A stretch of DNA of 10,050 bases from Pseudomonadota bacterium (GCA_038134595.1 JAYPVM010000023.1:1-10050); one strand, 5' to 3'. Positions 1-8,019 are shown, counted from the stretch's first letter. Numbers and translations are program-made. The notes: generated by a model not told the origin, from the letters alone.

Positions 1-1976
1 TGAGCTCTCACAATTCAAAAGTTAGCGCAGCTGGGTTGCTAATCGCTCTCGGAATCATTTACGGAGATATCGGAACTTCTCCCCTCTATGTGCTCAAAGC
101 AGTTGCTGGTACCGATCCGATCTCGTCTGAGGTCGTGTTGGGAAGTCTCTCGTGCATCTTTTGGACGCTGACTCTCCTCACCACCGTTAAATACGTCTTG
201 CTAACTCTACGAGCGGATAACAGGGGCGAAGGAGGAATCTTTGCTCTCTATGCTTTGGTACGAAAGAACGCTCGTTGGCTTCTTGTGCCTGGGGTAATAG
301 GTGGCAGCGCGCTGCTCGCCGATGGAATTATCACCCCGCCTATCTCAGTGTCGTCTGCTATCGAAGGACTACGCAACATCTACCCTGACATTGCAACAGT
401 TCCGATTGTACTTTTGATTATCACCGCGCTTTTTTCAGTACAACATTTTGGAACACGAATTGTAGGCAGGTCGTTTGGCCCCATTATGTTGGGTTGGTTT
501 AGTATGCTTGCCGTACTTGGGATAAGTTGGGTCGTGACGGACCCTCTCATAATCAAGGCTCTCAACCCCTACTATGCTATCAAGCTTCTCTTTTTTCATC
601 ACAATGGCTATTGGGTCTTAGGTGCGGTTTTTCTCTGTACTACTGGAGCGGAAGCACTGTATTCAGACCTCGGACACTGTGGACGTGGCAACATCCAAGT
701 ATCTTGGACGTTTGTTAAATCAGCTCTCATCATTAACTATCTTGGCCAAGGCGCTTGGATGCTCGCTCATGAGGGACAAACACTCGGCGAGAGAAATCCT
801 TTCTATGAAATCATGCCTGAATGGTTCCTCATTCCTGGCATCATTATCGCAACACTTGCAACAATCATCGCCAGCCAAGCACTTATCTCAGGATCATTTA
901 CCCTCGCTACTGAAGCAATGCGACTTTCTATTGTCCCAAAAGCAAAGATCGTCTATCCGTCGGACATGAAGGGACAGATTTATGTGCCCGTTGTAAACCT
1001 CCTCTTATTCCTAGGGTGTGTTGTCGTAGTGCTTTACTTCCAGGAATCCGCAAATATGGAAGCCGCCTACGGATTGGCGATCACACTCACTATGGTGATG
1101 ACAACTATCTTGTTCTCAAACTACCTTCTGAAGCGCCGCATCTCGGTGTTTCTAGTAGGCCTCTACCTAGCAATATACTTATGCATTGAAGGGGGATTTC
1201 TCTACGCGAACCTTCTCAAACTAGGGCACGGTGGTTGGTTTACACTACTTATTGCCTCGGGTGTAGCTGCAATCATGTTTACATGGAACAACGGAGCTCG
1301 CCTCAAAATGGCGTACACCGATTACGAATCTCTTCCCCAACACCTACCTGCACTTGAAGCACTCGGACAAGATGCCACCGTGCCGAAATATGCAACACAC
1401 GTAGTCTATATGACAGGCGCTCCCTTCCCGAAATTAATTGAGAGCAAAGTCATCTACTCTCTCTTTCACGTCAATCCAAAACGAGCTGACGTCTATTGGT
1501 TTATTCACGTCAACGTCTTAGATGTTCCGTACACCGCTGAATATGAAGTAACAACTTTAATTCCCAAAAGAGTGTTTCGAATTGACTTTAATCTCGGCTT
1601 TAGAGTGGAGCCTCGCATTAACATGTTCTTTAAGAAGGTCATGGATGATATGGCACAAAACGAAGAAGTTGATGTCTTAAGTCGATATGATTCATTGAGA
1701 AGCCATGACATAGCGGGAGACATGCGGTTTGTCGTGCTCCATAAAGAGCTGTCCCATGAAAGTGATCTCCCATGGGGAGAACAGCTTATGATGGACGGCT
1801 ATTTTATCTTGCGAAAAATAAGCCAATCAGAGGAAAGTAGTTTCGGTCTCGATACAAGCGCAGTTACAAAAGAGGTTGTGCCGTTGGTCATATCTCCCAC
1901 ACGTGAACTTAATCTCATGCGGGTCGACGACGAAATGGTTAAGAGCTCAATTAGACAATCAGATATCTCTGAGTAA
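1..1976 (+). CDS. kup: KUP/HAK/KT family potassium transporter (5' end at or just beyond the window edge)
   Basis: Signature LGIIYGDIGTSPLYV, plus DNRGEGGIFALY, TGAEALYSDLGH, IIASQALISGSF, GQIYVP and AAYGLAIT. It has many hydrophobic segments and a soluble C-terminal domain. The frame is open upstream of the ORF-track TTG at 36 (SSHNSKVSAAG from nt 3), and nt 1-2 'TG' fit the end of an ATG/GTG starting one base before the window. Confidence 0.96.
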   Translation, partial: SSHNSKVSAAGLLIALGIIYGDIGTSPLYVLKAVAGTDPISSEVVLGSLSCIFWTLTLLTTVKYVLLTLRADNRGEGGIFALYALVRKNARWLLVPGVIGGSALLADGIITPPISVSSAIEGLRNIYPDIATVPIVLLIITALFSVQHFGTRIVGRSFGPIMLGWFSMLAVLGISWVVTDPLIIKALNPYYAIKLLFFHHNGYWVLGAVFLCTTGAEALYSDLGHCGRGNIQVSWTFVKSALIINYLGQGAWMLAHEGQTLGERNPFYEIMPEWFLIPGIIIATLATIIASQALISGSFTLATEAMRLSIVPKAKIVYPSDMKGQIYVPVVNLLLFLGCVVVVLYFQESANMEAAYGLAITLTMVMTTILFSNYLLKRRISVFLVGLYLAIYLCIEGGFLYANLLKLGHGGWFTLLIASGVAAIMFTWNNGARLKMAYTDYESLPQHLPALEALGQDATVPKYATHVVYMTGAPFPKLIESKVIYSLFHVNPKRADVYWFIHVNVLDVPYTAEYEVTTLIPKRVFRIDFNLGFRVEPRINMFFKKVMDDMAQNEEVDVLSRYDSLRSHDIAGDMRFVVLHKELSHESDLPWGEQLMMDGYFILRKISQSEESSFGLDTSAVTKEVVPLVISPTRELNLMRVDDEMVKSSIRQSDISE

Positions 1977-2027
1977 AGCCCCAAGATGCGCGGGGTCTCT
2001 CGCTCTCTTCTGATCCCATACTGGACT

Positions 2028-2834
2028 TTAACAACGCTCTCGCTTATAGCTACGCGGAATATGGAGCAAAAACAAACTAGATGGAATCGGCACGCCTTTG
2101 TTTAATCGACTCGCACGAAGTTCTATCGTCATCTCCAGCGGCTCAAAAACATCCATGACAACTAGCGGCAAGCCTGGCCTCGATTCTCTCCGCGTTGCTT
2201 GCACCAGCACTTGCGTATTATCGTCATTTAAAATATCCACGCCGACAAGAACTCCATTGTCAGAATCCACATTCCACGCAAGATGTCGACTCGGTTCCAG
2301 CAAAGTAGTCGTTTTCGCATCTTTTGAATGATATACCTGAGCATCTTGACACGAATCAATAGAGGGGTTGCCCGTCAATAATGCGGAAATAAGCTGTGGA
2401 GACAGCCCTTCGAGATGAAAGAAATCTTGATATAAATCCTCCGGTTGACACTCAGAACGATATGTTTTTTGTGCAACATCAACAAAGGAAGCTTTCCCCG
2501 CCCGCACAACGAATATTCCTAACGTAAACGCTCCCTCCGGCGGTAGAATGTCGATTCTTGTATTTAGAGAATCCTTTTGTGCCAGAGCGTATCGAAAAGA
2601 GGAACTTCCATGCTTCTTGCTTGCCATAACGGCTTCAACCAGAGCTCTCATTGAGGGCCTTGGGTGTTCACTTCGGCTCTGAATCTCAATACACCTTTGA
2701 ACCGACGTGGCTTTGTCATCAAATTTACCTTCAGGCATGAACTTAGGTGCCGCAGAAAAACATCCAGAAAGAGCTAGCATCAAACCGACAATCCCGCACA
2801 CTCGATGAACTTCAAATGAGCCTCTACCCACCAT
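2028..2834 (-). CDS. Predicted lipoprotein, LolB-like / DUF4292-like (LolA/LolB fold candidate)
   Basis: 268-aa ORF with a signal peptide and lipobox LALSG-C (Cys25). The beta-rich pattern (TRIDILPPEG..LGIFVVRAGKASFVD..QKTY) resembles LolA/LolB-type proteins. It lies 10 nt downstream of the TPR gene, as lolB does in Proteobacteria. A strong SD (AAGGAGG, 2843-2837) is only 2 nt from ATG 2834 but 5 nt from GTG 2831, so GTG may be the real start. Confidence 0.7.
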   Translation of the reverse strand: MVGRGSFEVHRVCGIVGLMLALSGCFSAAPKFMPEGKFDDKATSVQRCIEIQSRSEHPRPSMRALVEAVMASKKHGSSSFRYALAQKDSLNTRIDILPPEGAFTLGIFVVRAGKASFVDVAQKTYRSECQPEDLYQDFFHLEGLSPQLISALLTGNPSIDSCQDAQVYHSKDAKTTTLLEPSRHLAWNVDSDNGVLVGVDILNDDNTQVLVQATRRESRPGLPLVVMDVFEPLEMTIELRASRLNKGVPIPSSLFLLHIPRSYKRERC

Positions 2835-2844
2835 TTCCTCCTTG

Positions 2845-4662
2845 CTACTGAGAAACTTCTCGACGCAGCCGGCCCCAAAGAGCCTCTAACCTCTTAACCG
2901 TCTCCGTATCGTCCTGCTGATTTTTCCAAACTCCACCATCTGCAAACAACGGTGATAGGACAGCTCGCACGGCCTCCTCTTTATCTAAACTCAACAATAC
3001 GGCTGTATAATGCTCAACAATGACCGGATCGTTATTCGTCGCTGCAATGGCCTTCGCAAGAGTTACCTCCGCGTCAAGGAGCTTTCCTTGCTTATGCTGG
3101 ATAAACCCCAACGTATCGAGATAGTAGCCGTCATGAGGATTAATCTCTAAAGCGCTGCGCGCAAGAGTCTCTGCTCTCTCAAGATCCTTTTCCACCTCGG
3201 CCAATGCGTATGCTACATAGTTGAGTGCATCTGCATTCCTCGCGTTACTTTCAAGAATCTGCTCCATTACCCGAAGAGCAGCAGCAGAATCATCTTGCTC
3301 GTGTAACACCAAACCTAAATTAAATAGCAAACGCTCATCGCCTGGCATCTCTCGAAGTGCTGCTTGCAAGCGCTTCGCGGCGCTATCGAGCCTATCTAAG
3401 TCTCTAAGAACAAGGGCGCCATAAAGAATCAAAGTAATGTTTGTAGGATCCTGATCCAACGCATCATCCACGGCCTTAAGCGATGCCTCATATTCACCCG
3501 CTTGCCGCAAGAGAAACGCCGCAAAGGTTTTAGCTTTCACAAACATGGGGCTTGAAGAACCTACTTTGTCCAGCGCCTCCAAAGCCTCCTCAACGCGGCC
3601 CGACCCCGCATACATCGAAGCTAAATAATATCGTGCCTCAGCGTGCGTTGGATTACTCACCAAAACTAAATTGAGCTCTCGTATCGCCTCAACAAAGTTT
3701 CGTTTCTCCATCTGGATAAGAGCAACTTTAAATCTCGTATCAGCAGGGTCGCTCTCGAGCGATTCAACAGCAGTCAGATATTTGAGAGCATCATCTAATT
3801 TGCTTTCTCCAAGCATAATATGGCCCAACACCTTCAGGGCTACGGCATTTTTTGGATCTCGCTTCACTAAGTCTTCACAAGTCCGCTTAGCCTCCTTGAT
3901 TTTGCCCTGTCGTAATAACACCCTAATGAGCTCAACCGAGCCTTGTTGATGATAGGGATCGTGCTCAAAAACCCACCTGTATGCTCTCTCAGCACTCTGA
4001 TACTGTTCTTTCTCTTCATATATCTTGCCTAAATACAGCCGACTGATCGGCTGTTTCGGATGAAACTTTTGTAATTTCAAAAGCACCGCAATCGCGTCAT
4101 CAAATCGATTCTGCTTCAAGTGCATATTAGCCAAAAGAAGGTAGCTCTCCATGTTTTCAGGAGACTCTTCTATCAACTGATAGTAGATAGGCGCAGCATC
4201 GGAAAACCTGTTTAGCGTCTCAAGAATCCCAGCGTACAACATACGTACATACTGATCATGTGGCTCGTATTGTAATGCGTGCTCTGCCGCTTGCAGAGCT
4301 TTTTCGACGTTTCCAAGGCGTAAATGTAAATCAGCGATCCTCGTGTAGAGATACCCACTCCTAACAGAAGACAATTCTTCTGCCCTCTCAAAGCTCCTCA
4401 GTGCCTGCTCAAATTCTTGATCGCCCAGAGCAAGCTGCCCCACCAGAAAACTGTGCATTGCCTCGGACGTTTTTGCCACATCATCGCCAAACTGTTGGGG
4501 AACTGCATTTGCAACGTCTGCAGAGATAGTTTCATGGAATCCCCGTTCTTTGGAAAACCGGGCATGGCGGCCCATCGAGATGCAACCTGAACACCATGAA
4601 AGCAAAACGACCAGTGTTACTGATATAATCGAGTGACGACCGACACAAACCCAAACACTCAT
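2845..4662 (-). CDS. Tetratricopeptide-repeat lipoprotein (LbcA/PA4667-like)
   Basis: 605 aa with a hydrophobic N-terminus and lipobox-like CSG-C (Cys27), followed by many TPR units (e.g. ARYYLASMYAGSGRVEEALEAL). The C-terminal ADALNYVAYALAE...ALEINPHDGYYLDTLGFI...DPVIVEH block is typical of the TPR protein encoded upstream of lolB. Confidence 0.9.
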   Translation of the reverse strand: MSVWVCVGRHSIISVTLVVLLSWCSGCISMGRHARFSKERGFHETISADVANAVPQQFGDDVAKTSEAMHSFLVGQLALGDQEFEQALRSFERAEELSSVRSGYLYTRIADLHLRLGNVEKALQAAEHALQYEPHDQYVRMLYAGILETLNRFSDAAPIYYQLIEESPENMESYLLLANMHLKQNRFDDAIAVLLKLQKFHPKQPISRLYLGKIYEEKEQYQSAERAYRWVFEHDPYHQQGSVELIRVLLRQGKIKEAKRTCEDLVKRDPKNAVALKVLGHIMLGESKLDDALKYLTAVESLESDPADTRFKVALIQMEKRNFVEAIRELNLVLVSNPTHAEARYYLASMYAGSGRVEEALEALDKVGSSSPMFVKAKTFAAFLLRQAGEYEASLKAVDDALDQDPTNITLILYGALVLRDLDRLDSAAKRLQAALREMPGDERLLFNLGLVLHEQDDSAAALRVMEQILESNARNADALNYVAYALAEVEKDLERAETLARSALEINPHDGYYLDTLGFIQHKQGKLLDAEVTLAKAIAATNNDPVIVEHYTAVLLSLDKEEAVRAVLSPLFADGGVWKNQQDDTETVKRLEALWGRLRREVSQ

Positions 4663-4921
4663 AGAAGTCCAAACCTATTCAAACCGACCGTCTTGAATAT
4701 TATCTAGACAGGCACATGTTGTTAGTCTCTCGTCAAGCTATCACAGATTCAAGAGAGTCGCACACCAATTAAAAACGCCCACAAGCCCTCACTTCCGCGG
4801 AGGTAATCTGAAGCAACTGCGATTTAATCTAATGCTTGGCGCTGATTAATCAGTGGGAACTTATCCTCGGGGCGCTTTTTAGAAGAAAAACGAGAGCCTA
4901 CAGAAGGAGCCGTTTAGGACT

Positions 4922-4995
4922 TGGTTCGCCCGCAAGGACTCGAACCTCGATTTTCAGGGTCAGAACCTGACGTGCTACCATTGCACCACGGGCGA
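4922..4995 (-). tRNA. tRNA-Gln(CTG)
   Basis: The reverse complement reads TCGCCCG TGGTGCAATGGTAGCAC G TCAGG TTCTGAC CCTGA AAAT CGAGG TTCGAGT CCTTG CGGGCGA A CCA. It has a 7-bp acceptor stem with U1-A72, anticodon CTG, T-loop TTCGAGT and an encoded CCA. Confidence 0.97.
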
Positions 4996-5014
4996 TTAAA
5001 CAAGATGAACCGTT

Positions 5015-5043
5015 AGGTTATCACGGCTTACCGACAGCTTCAA
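5015..5043 (-). promoter_or_regulatory. sigma70-type promoter for tRNA-Gln
   Basis: Minus strand TTGAAG (5043-5038), 17-nt spacer, TAACCT (5020-5015), with an extended -10 TGa. It lies about 20 nt upstream of the tRNA 5' end. Confidence 0.7.
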
Positions 5044-5100
5044 ACATCTCGGCTAAAAATAATCATAACCCCACAAGACTACAATACTTATCTGCCTCAG

Positions 5101-5129
5101 TTGAATCCTCTCAAGACATCTGTTAGGCT
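5101..5129 (+). promoter_or_regulatory. sigma70-type promoter for tRNA-Glu (possibly reading through into pdxST)
   Basis: TTGAAT (5101-5106), 17-nt spacer, TAGGCT (5124-5129), with an extended -10 TGt. A GC-rich discriminator (CCCGC) follows, as is typical of stable-RNA promoters. It lies 11 nt upstream of the tRNA. Confidence 0.7.
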
Positions 5130-5140
5130 CCCGCTTCAAT

Positions 5141-5216
5141 GGCCCCATCGTCTAGTGGCCTAGGACGCTGGCCTCTCACGCCGGAAACATGGGTTCGAGT
5201 CCCATTGGGGTCACCA
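5141..5216 (+). tRNA. tRNA-Glu(CTC)
   Basis: GGCCCCA TCGTCTAGTGGCCTAGGACG CTGGC CTCTCAC GCCGG AAAC ATGGG TTCGAGT CCCAT TGGGGTC A CCA folds as a cloverleaf with anticodon CTC and an encoded CCA. Confidence 0.97.
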
Positions 5217-5291
5217 TCATCATGTCACCTAGTAATTGTACTAACGTACACTCTGTTTCATGATAAACTATTTCATGACCGTAGCAATCTC

Positions 5292-6218
5292 ATGACAACG
5301 ACTCCCTCCTCTGAATCCTCCTCTTCCGAACTTTCTGCTTCTATACCTAACTTCGAAGTCAAGGTGGGCTTAGCCCGCATGCTCTGTAACGGAGTTATCA
5401 TGGACGTAGTCGATGCTTCGCAAGCGCGTCTGGCTGAAGATGCTGGAGCTGTCGCTGTTATGGCATTAGAGAGAGTCCCCTCCGATATCCGTAGAGACGG
5501 GGGCGTTGCGCGCATGAGTGACCCAGCGATGATAGAAGACATTAAAGCCGCTGTTTCAATTCCGGTGATGGCGAAGATCCGAATTGGGCACATAGCAGAA
5601 GCCCAGATTCTAGAGGCCATCGGCATTGATTTTATCGACGAATCAGAGGTTCTCACTCCCGCGGATCCAAAACTTCACGTAGACAAACACGGCTACAAAA
5701 CTCCCTTTGTGTGCGGAGCTACCGACTTAGGCGAGGCGCTTCGAAGGGTTCATGAAGGGGCTGCGATGCTTCGGACAAAAGGAGAAGCTGGGACCGGAAA
5801 TATCATCGAGGCGGTTCGACACTTACGCGAAATTGCCTCCGATATCAAAGCCCTCCAGAGCATGCCCGCAGAGCAGCTCCAAGAATGTGCCACAGCATAC
5901 CGTGTTCCCATTAGCCTTTTAAAGGACGTCCAAACATCCGGAAAACTCCCCGTGCCAAACTTTGCGGCCGGCGGAGTTGCAACGCCCGCTGATGCAGCGC
6001 TGTGTCGAATACTCGGAGCTGAATCAGTTTTTGTAGGCTCTGGGATATTTAAGTCTGAAAACCCTGCTCTCCTAGCCAAAGCAATCGTTCAGGCAACCTG
6101 TTTCTACAACGAGCCGGAGAAACTCCTTGAAGTGTCTCGAGGACTAGGGAAGGCGATGCCGGGACTTGAGATCTCCTCTATTCCTGCAGAAGCCAAACTA
6201 GCAAACCGAGGTTGGTAA
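5292..6218 (+). CDS. pdxS: Pyridoxal 5'-phosphate synthase lyase subunit PdxS
   Basis: [38 protein letters not shown] (catalytic Lys), [41 protein letters not shown] and C-terminal RGW. The ORF-track start at 5139 runs through tRNA-Glu, so ATG 5292 (MTTTPSS...) is the plausible start. Confidence 0.96.
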   Translation: MTTTPSSESSSSELSASIPNFEVKVGLARMLCNGVIMDVVDASQARLAEDAGAVAVMALERVPSDIRRDGGVARMSDPAMIEDIKAAVSIPVMAKIRIGHIAEAQILEAIGIDFIDESEVLTPADPKLHVDKHGYKTPFVCGATDLGEALRRVHEGAAMLRTKGEAGTGNIIEAVRHLREIASDIKALQSMPAEQLQECATAYRVPISLLKDVQTSGKLPVPNFAAGGVATPADAALCRILGAESVFVGSGIFKSENPALLAKAIVQATCFYNEPEKLLEVSRGLGKAMPGLEISSIPAEAKLANRGW

Positions 6219-6221
6219 CGA

Positions 6222-6806
6222 ATGTTAAATCGTGTTGGGATCCTCGGCTTTCAAGGATGCATTGAGCCGCACGAAGATGCCTTCGCCTCACTCGGAGTAA
6301 AGACATGTCGGGTTACAAATCCATCACACCTTGAATCCATCGACAGACTCATTCTTCCCGGAGGGGAGAGTTCTACGATACTTCGCTTTTTAAAGCAGAA
6401 CAGCATGATTCTTCCCTTACAGGAATTTGCCAGGCAAAAACCCACATGGGGCATCTGCGCCGGGGCGATACTCTTGGCAAGCACTGTGAGTAACCCAGAA
6501 CAGGATTCTCTCGGGATACTACCTATCATCGCGCACCGAAACTTTTACGGCTCACAGACAGAAAGCTGCACTACAACTCTTGAGGTGGATCTCGTGGACA
6601 CTCCCGTACACGCCCAATTTATTCGAGCACCACTTTTGTCAAAGAGCTCTCAAGAATCGAGTGCCGCTCTGAAGATTCACGCCTCATGGCAGGGGCATCC
6701 TGTCTTTTTCTCGTTAGGTAACGTCTGGGCCACTTCGTTTCACTGTGAGCTAAGTCCACCGTATCCACTCCATGAAGTATTTTGCAAACTTAACCCTCAA
6801 GCCTAG
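6222..6806 (+). CDS. pdxT: Pyridoxal 5'-phosphate synthase glutaminase subunit PdxT
   Basis: VGILGFQG, LILPGGESS, WGICAG (nucleophile Cys), RNFYGSQ, FIRAP and FHCEL (His-x-Glu). It starts 3 nt after the pdxS stop. Confidence 0.94.
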   Translation: MLNRVGILGFQGCIEPHEDAFASLGVKTCRVTNPSHLESIDRLILPGGESSTILRFLKQNSMILPLQEFARQKPTWGICAGAILLASTVSNPEQDSLGILPIIAHRNFYGSQTESCTTTLEVDLVDTPVHAQFIRAPLLSKSSQESSAALKIHASWQGHPVFFSLGNVWATSFHCELSPPYPLHEVFCKLNPQA

Positions 6807-6849
6807 CCTTCTTCTCATTAATCATTTTAACCGCAACCACTTTATAACC

Positions 6850-6877
6850 TTGCAATTTGTGTCTCACTTTGTAGACT
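6850..6877 (+). promoter_or_regulatory. Putative sigma70 promoter for iaaA
   Basis: TTGCAA (6850-6855), 16-nt spacer, TAGACT (6872-6877), with an AT-rich upstream tract, about 30 nt before ATG 6910. Confidence 0.45.
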
Positions 6878-6909
6878 AGCGGATAGCAAATCTTTATCGG
6901 GGTACAGTC

Positions 6910-7887
6910 ATGAAACAAAGATTTGCCCTAGCAGTTCACGGTGGTGCAGGGGCTCTTTCGAATATTCCTCCAAAACGAATAAGCAATTTTAAAGAAGGCA
7001 TACGCGAGGCATTACTTGCAGGGCAATCAATTCTTAGCCAAGGTGGGACAAGTATTGATGCAGTGCAAGCAGCTGTAGTTGTACTAGAGGACTTTCCTGC
7101 ATTTAATGCAGGTAAAGGCGCTGTATGCGCATCTGACGGCAACCACTATCTAGATGCATCAATTATGTCGGGAGCTCCCTCTTCCCACACTGGTGGAGAT
7201 CCGCTCTTGCGATCTGGGGCGGTAACAGGCGTTCGCAATACAAAGAACCCTATCGCACTCGCCCGTCTTGTCCGAGACGCCTCTATGCATACTCTTCTTA
7301 GAGGAAACCACGCCGATGCATTCGCAAAAGAACACGGCCTTGAAACTGTCGAGGCAAATTATTTCGCGACTAACTATAGAAGCCAACAACTAAAGCGAGC
7401 CCAAGAGAGAGGCTCTGTCGTGCAAGACCATGATCTTGAATCCGCCGACCCCGATTCAAAAAAGGGTACCGTTGGAGCCGTCGCTTGTGATTGCAACGGA
7501 ACACTTGCCGCTGCCACGTCTACCGGAGGTCGAGTCAATCAACATCCTGGTCGCGTGGGCGACTCTGCTATTGTAGGTGCAGGGACATACGCTGAAGACG
7601 GAGTGTGCGCTATATCGGCAACTGGGTGGGGAGAACTTTTCCTTGAGCATTCAGTCGCATCCTCCATTGCATTACTCATACGCGAAGCTGGCTTTTCCTT
7701 TCAAGACGCTTTAGAGCGTATTGTCCTTTCTCGCCTTCCTAAGAACTCAGGAGGCGTCATTGCCGTAAATTCAAACTACGAAATATTGATGCCTTATAAC
7801 ACCGGTGGATTAATCCGAGGCTGTATCGATGAGCGTGGCATTTTACAGATCGGCATACATTCAGAAATGACCATTTCGGAATCATGA
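6910..7887 (+). CDS. iaaA: Isoaspartyl peptidase / plant-type L-asparaginase (Ntn hydrolase, IaaA family)
   Basis: LAVHGGAG, LEDFPAFNAGKGA, DASIMSG, KNPIALAR, autocleavage site G|TVGAVA (Thr nucleophile), TSTGG, GRVGDS and SATGWGE. Confidence 0.93.
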   Translation: MKQRFALAVHGGAGALSNIPPKRISNFKEGIREALLAGQSILSQGGTSIDAVQAAVVVLEDFPAFNAGKGAVCASDGNHYLDASIMSGAPSSHTGGDPLLRSGAVTGVRNTKNPIALARLVRDASMHTLLRGNHADAFAKEHGLETVEANYFATNYRSQQLKRAQERGSVVQDHDLESADPDSKKGTVGAVACDCNGTLAAATSTGGRVNQHPGRVGDSAIVGAGTYAEDGVCAISATGWGELFLEHSVASSIALLIREAGFSFQDALERIVLSRLPKNSGGVIAVNSNYEILMPYNTGGLIRGCIDERGILQIGIHSEMTISES

Positions 7888-7948
7888 TTTTAAACCCTCA
7901 ATGCCTTACAAGGCTTGATCAACACCGCACAAAACCTGGCCATAAGAT

Positions 7949-7976
7949 GCTGTTAATGTTAGTAATAACAGCTTTT
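7949..7976 (+). terminator. Possible intrinsic terminator or operator palindrome downstream of iaaA
   Basis: GCTGTTA-N10-TAACAGC inverted repeat followed by TTTT. The stem is AT-rich, so it is weak as a terminator. Confidence 0.3.
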
Positions 7977-7991
7977 AGCATACTCTTATAT

Positions 7992-8019
7992 TTGACTAGC
8001 TCAGCGTGTATGGGATACT
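7992..8019 (+). promoter_or_regulatory. Putative sigma70 promoter for the ATP-grasp pair
   Basis: TTGACT (7992-7997), 16-nt spacer, GATACT (8014-8019), preceded by TGg (extended -10). Confidence 0.35.

Noticed and set aside
36..38. TTG start for kup
   Set aside because: It would cut into the first transmembrane helix. The frame is open to the window edge, where 'TG' fits a clipped start codon.
1978..2010. Bidirectional terminator between kup and the LolB-like gene (GCCCC-N9-GGGGT)
   Set aside because: The stem is only 5 bp with a large loop and no proper U-tract on either strand, which is too weak to call.
2845..4662. DNA-level repeats or a CRISPR-like array
   Set aside because: The repetition is only degenerate TPR periodicity at the protein level. 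No regularly spaced nucleotide repeats were seen here or elsewhere in the window.
4922..5216. tRNAs as integration sites for a genomic island or prophage
   Set aside because: I saw no integrase and no duplicated tRNA 3' end in the window. The TTCGAGT near 8037 is too short to count, and the flanking genes are housekeeping-type.
5139..5291. N-terminal 51-aa extension of PdxS given by the ORF track
   Set aside because: It is a translation of tRNA-Glu and the spacer, and its ATG lies 2 nt before the tRNA. PdxS homology starts only after ATG 5292.
5292..7887. Functional coupling of asparaginase-derived ammonia to PdxS
   Set aside because: PdxT keeps its Cys-His-Glu triad and iaaA has its own candidate promoter. 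There is no evidence beyond adjacency.
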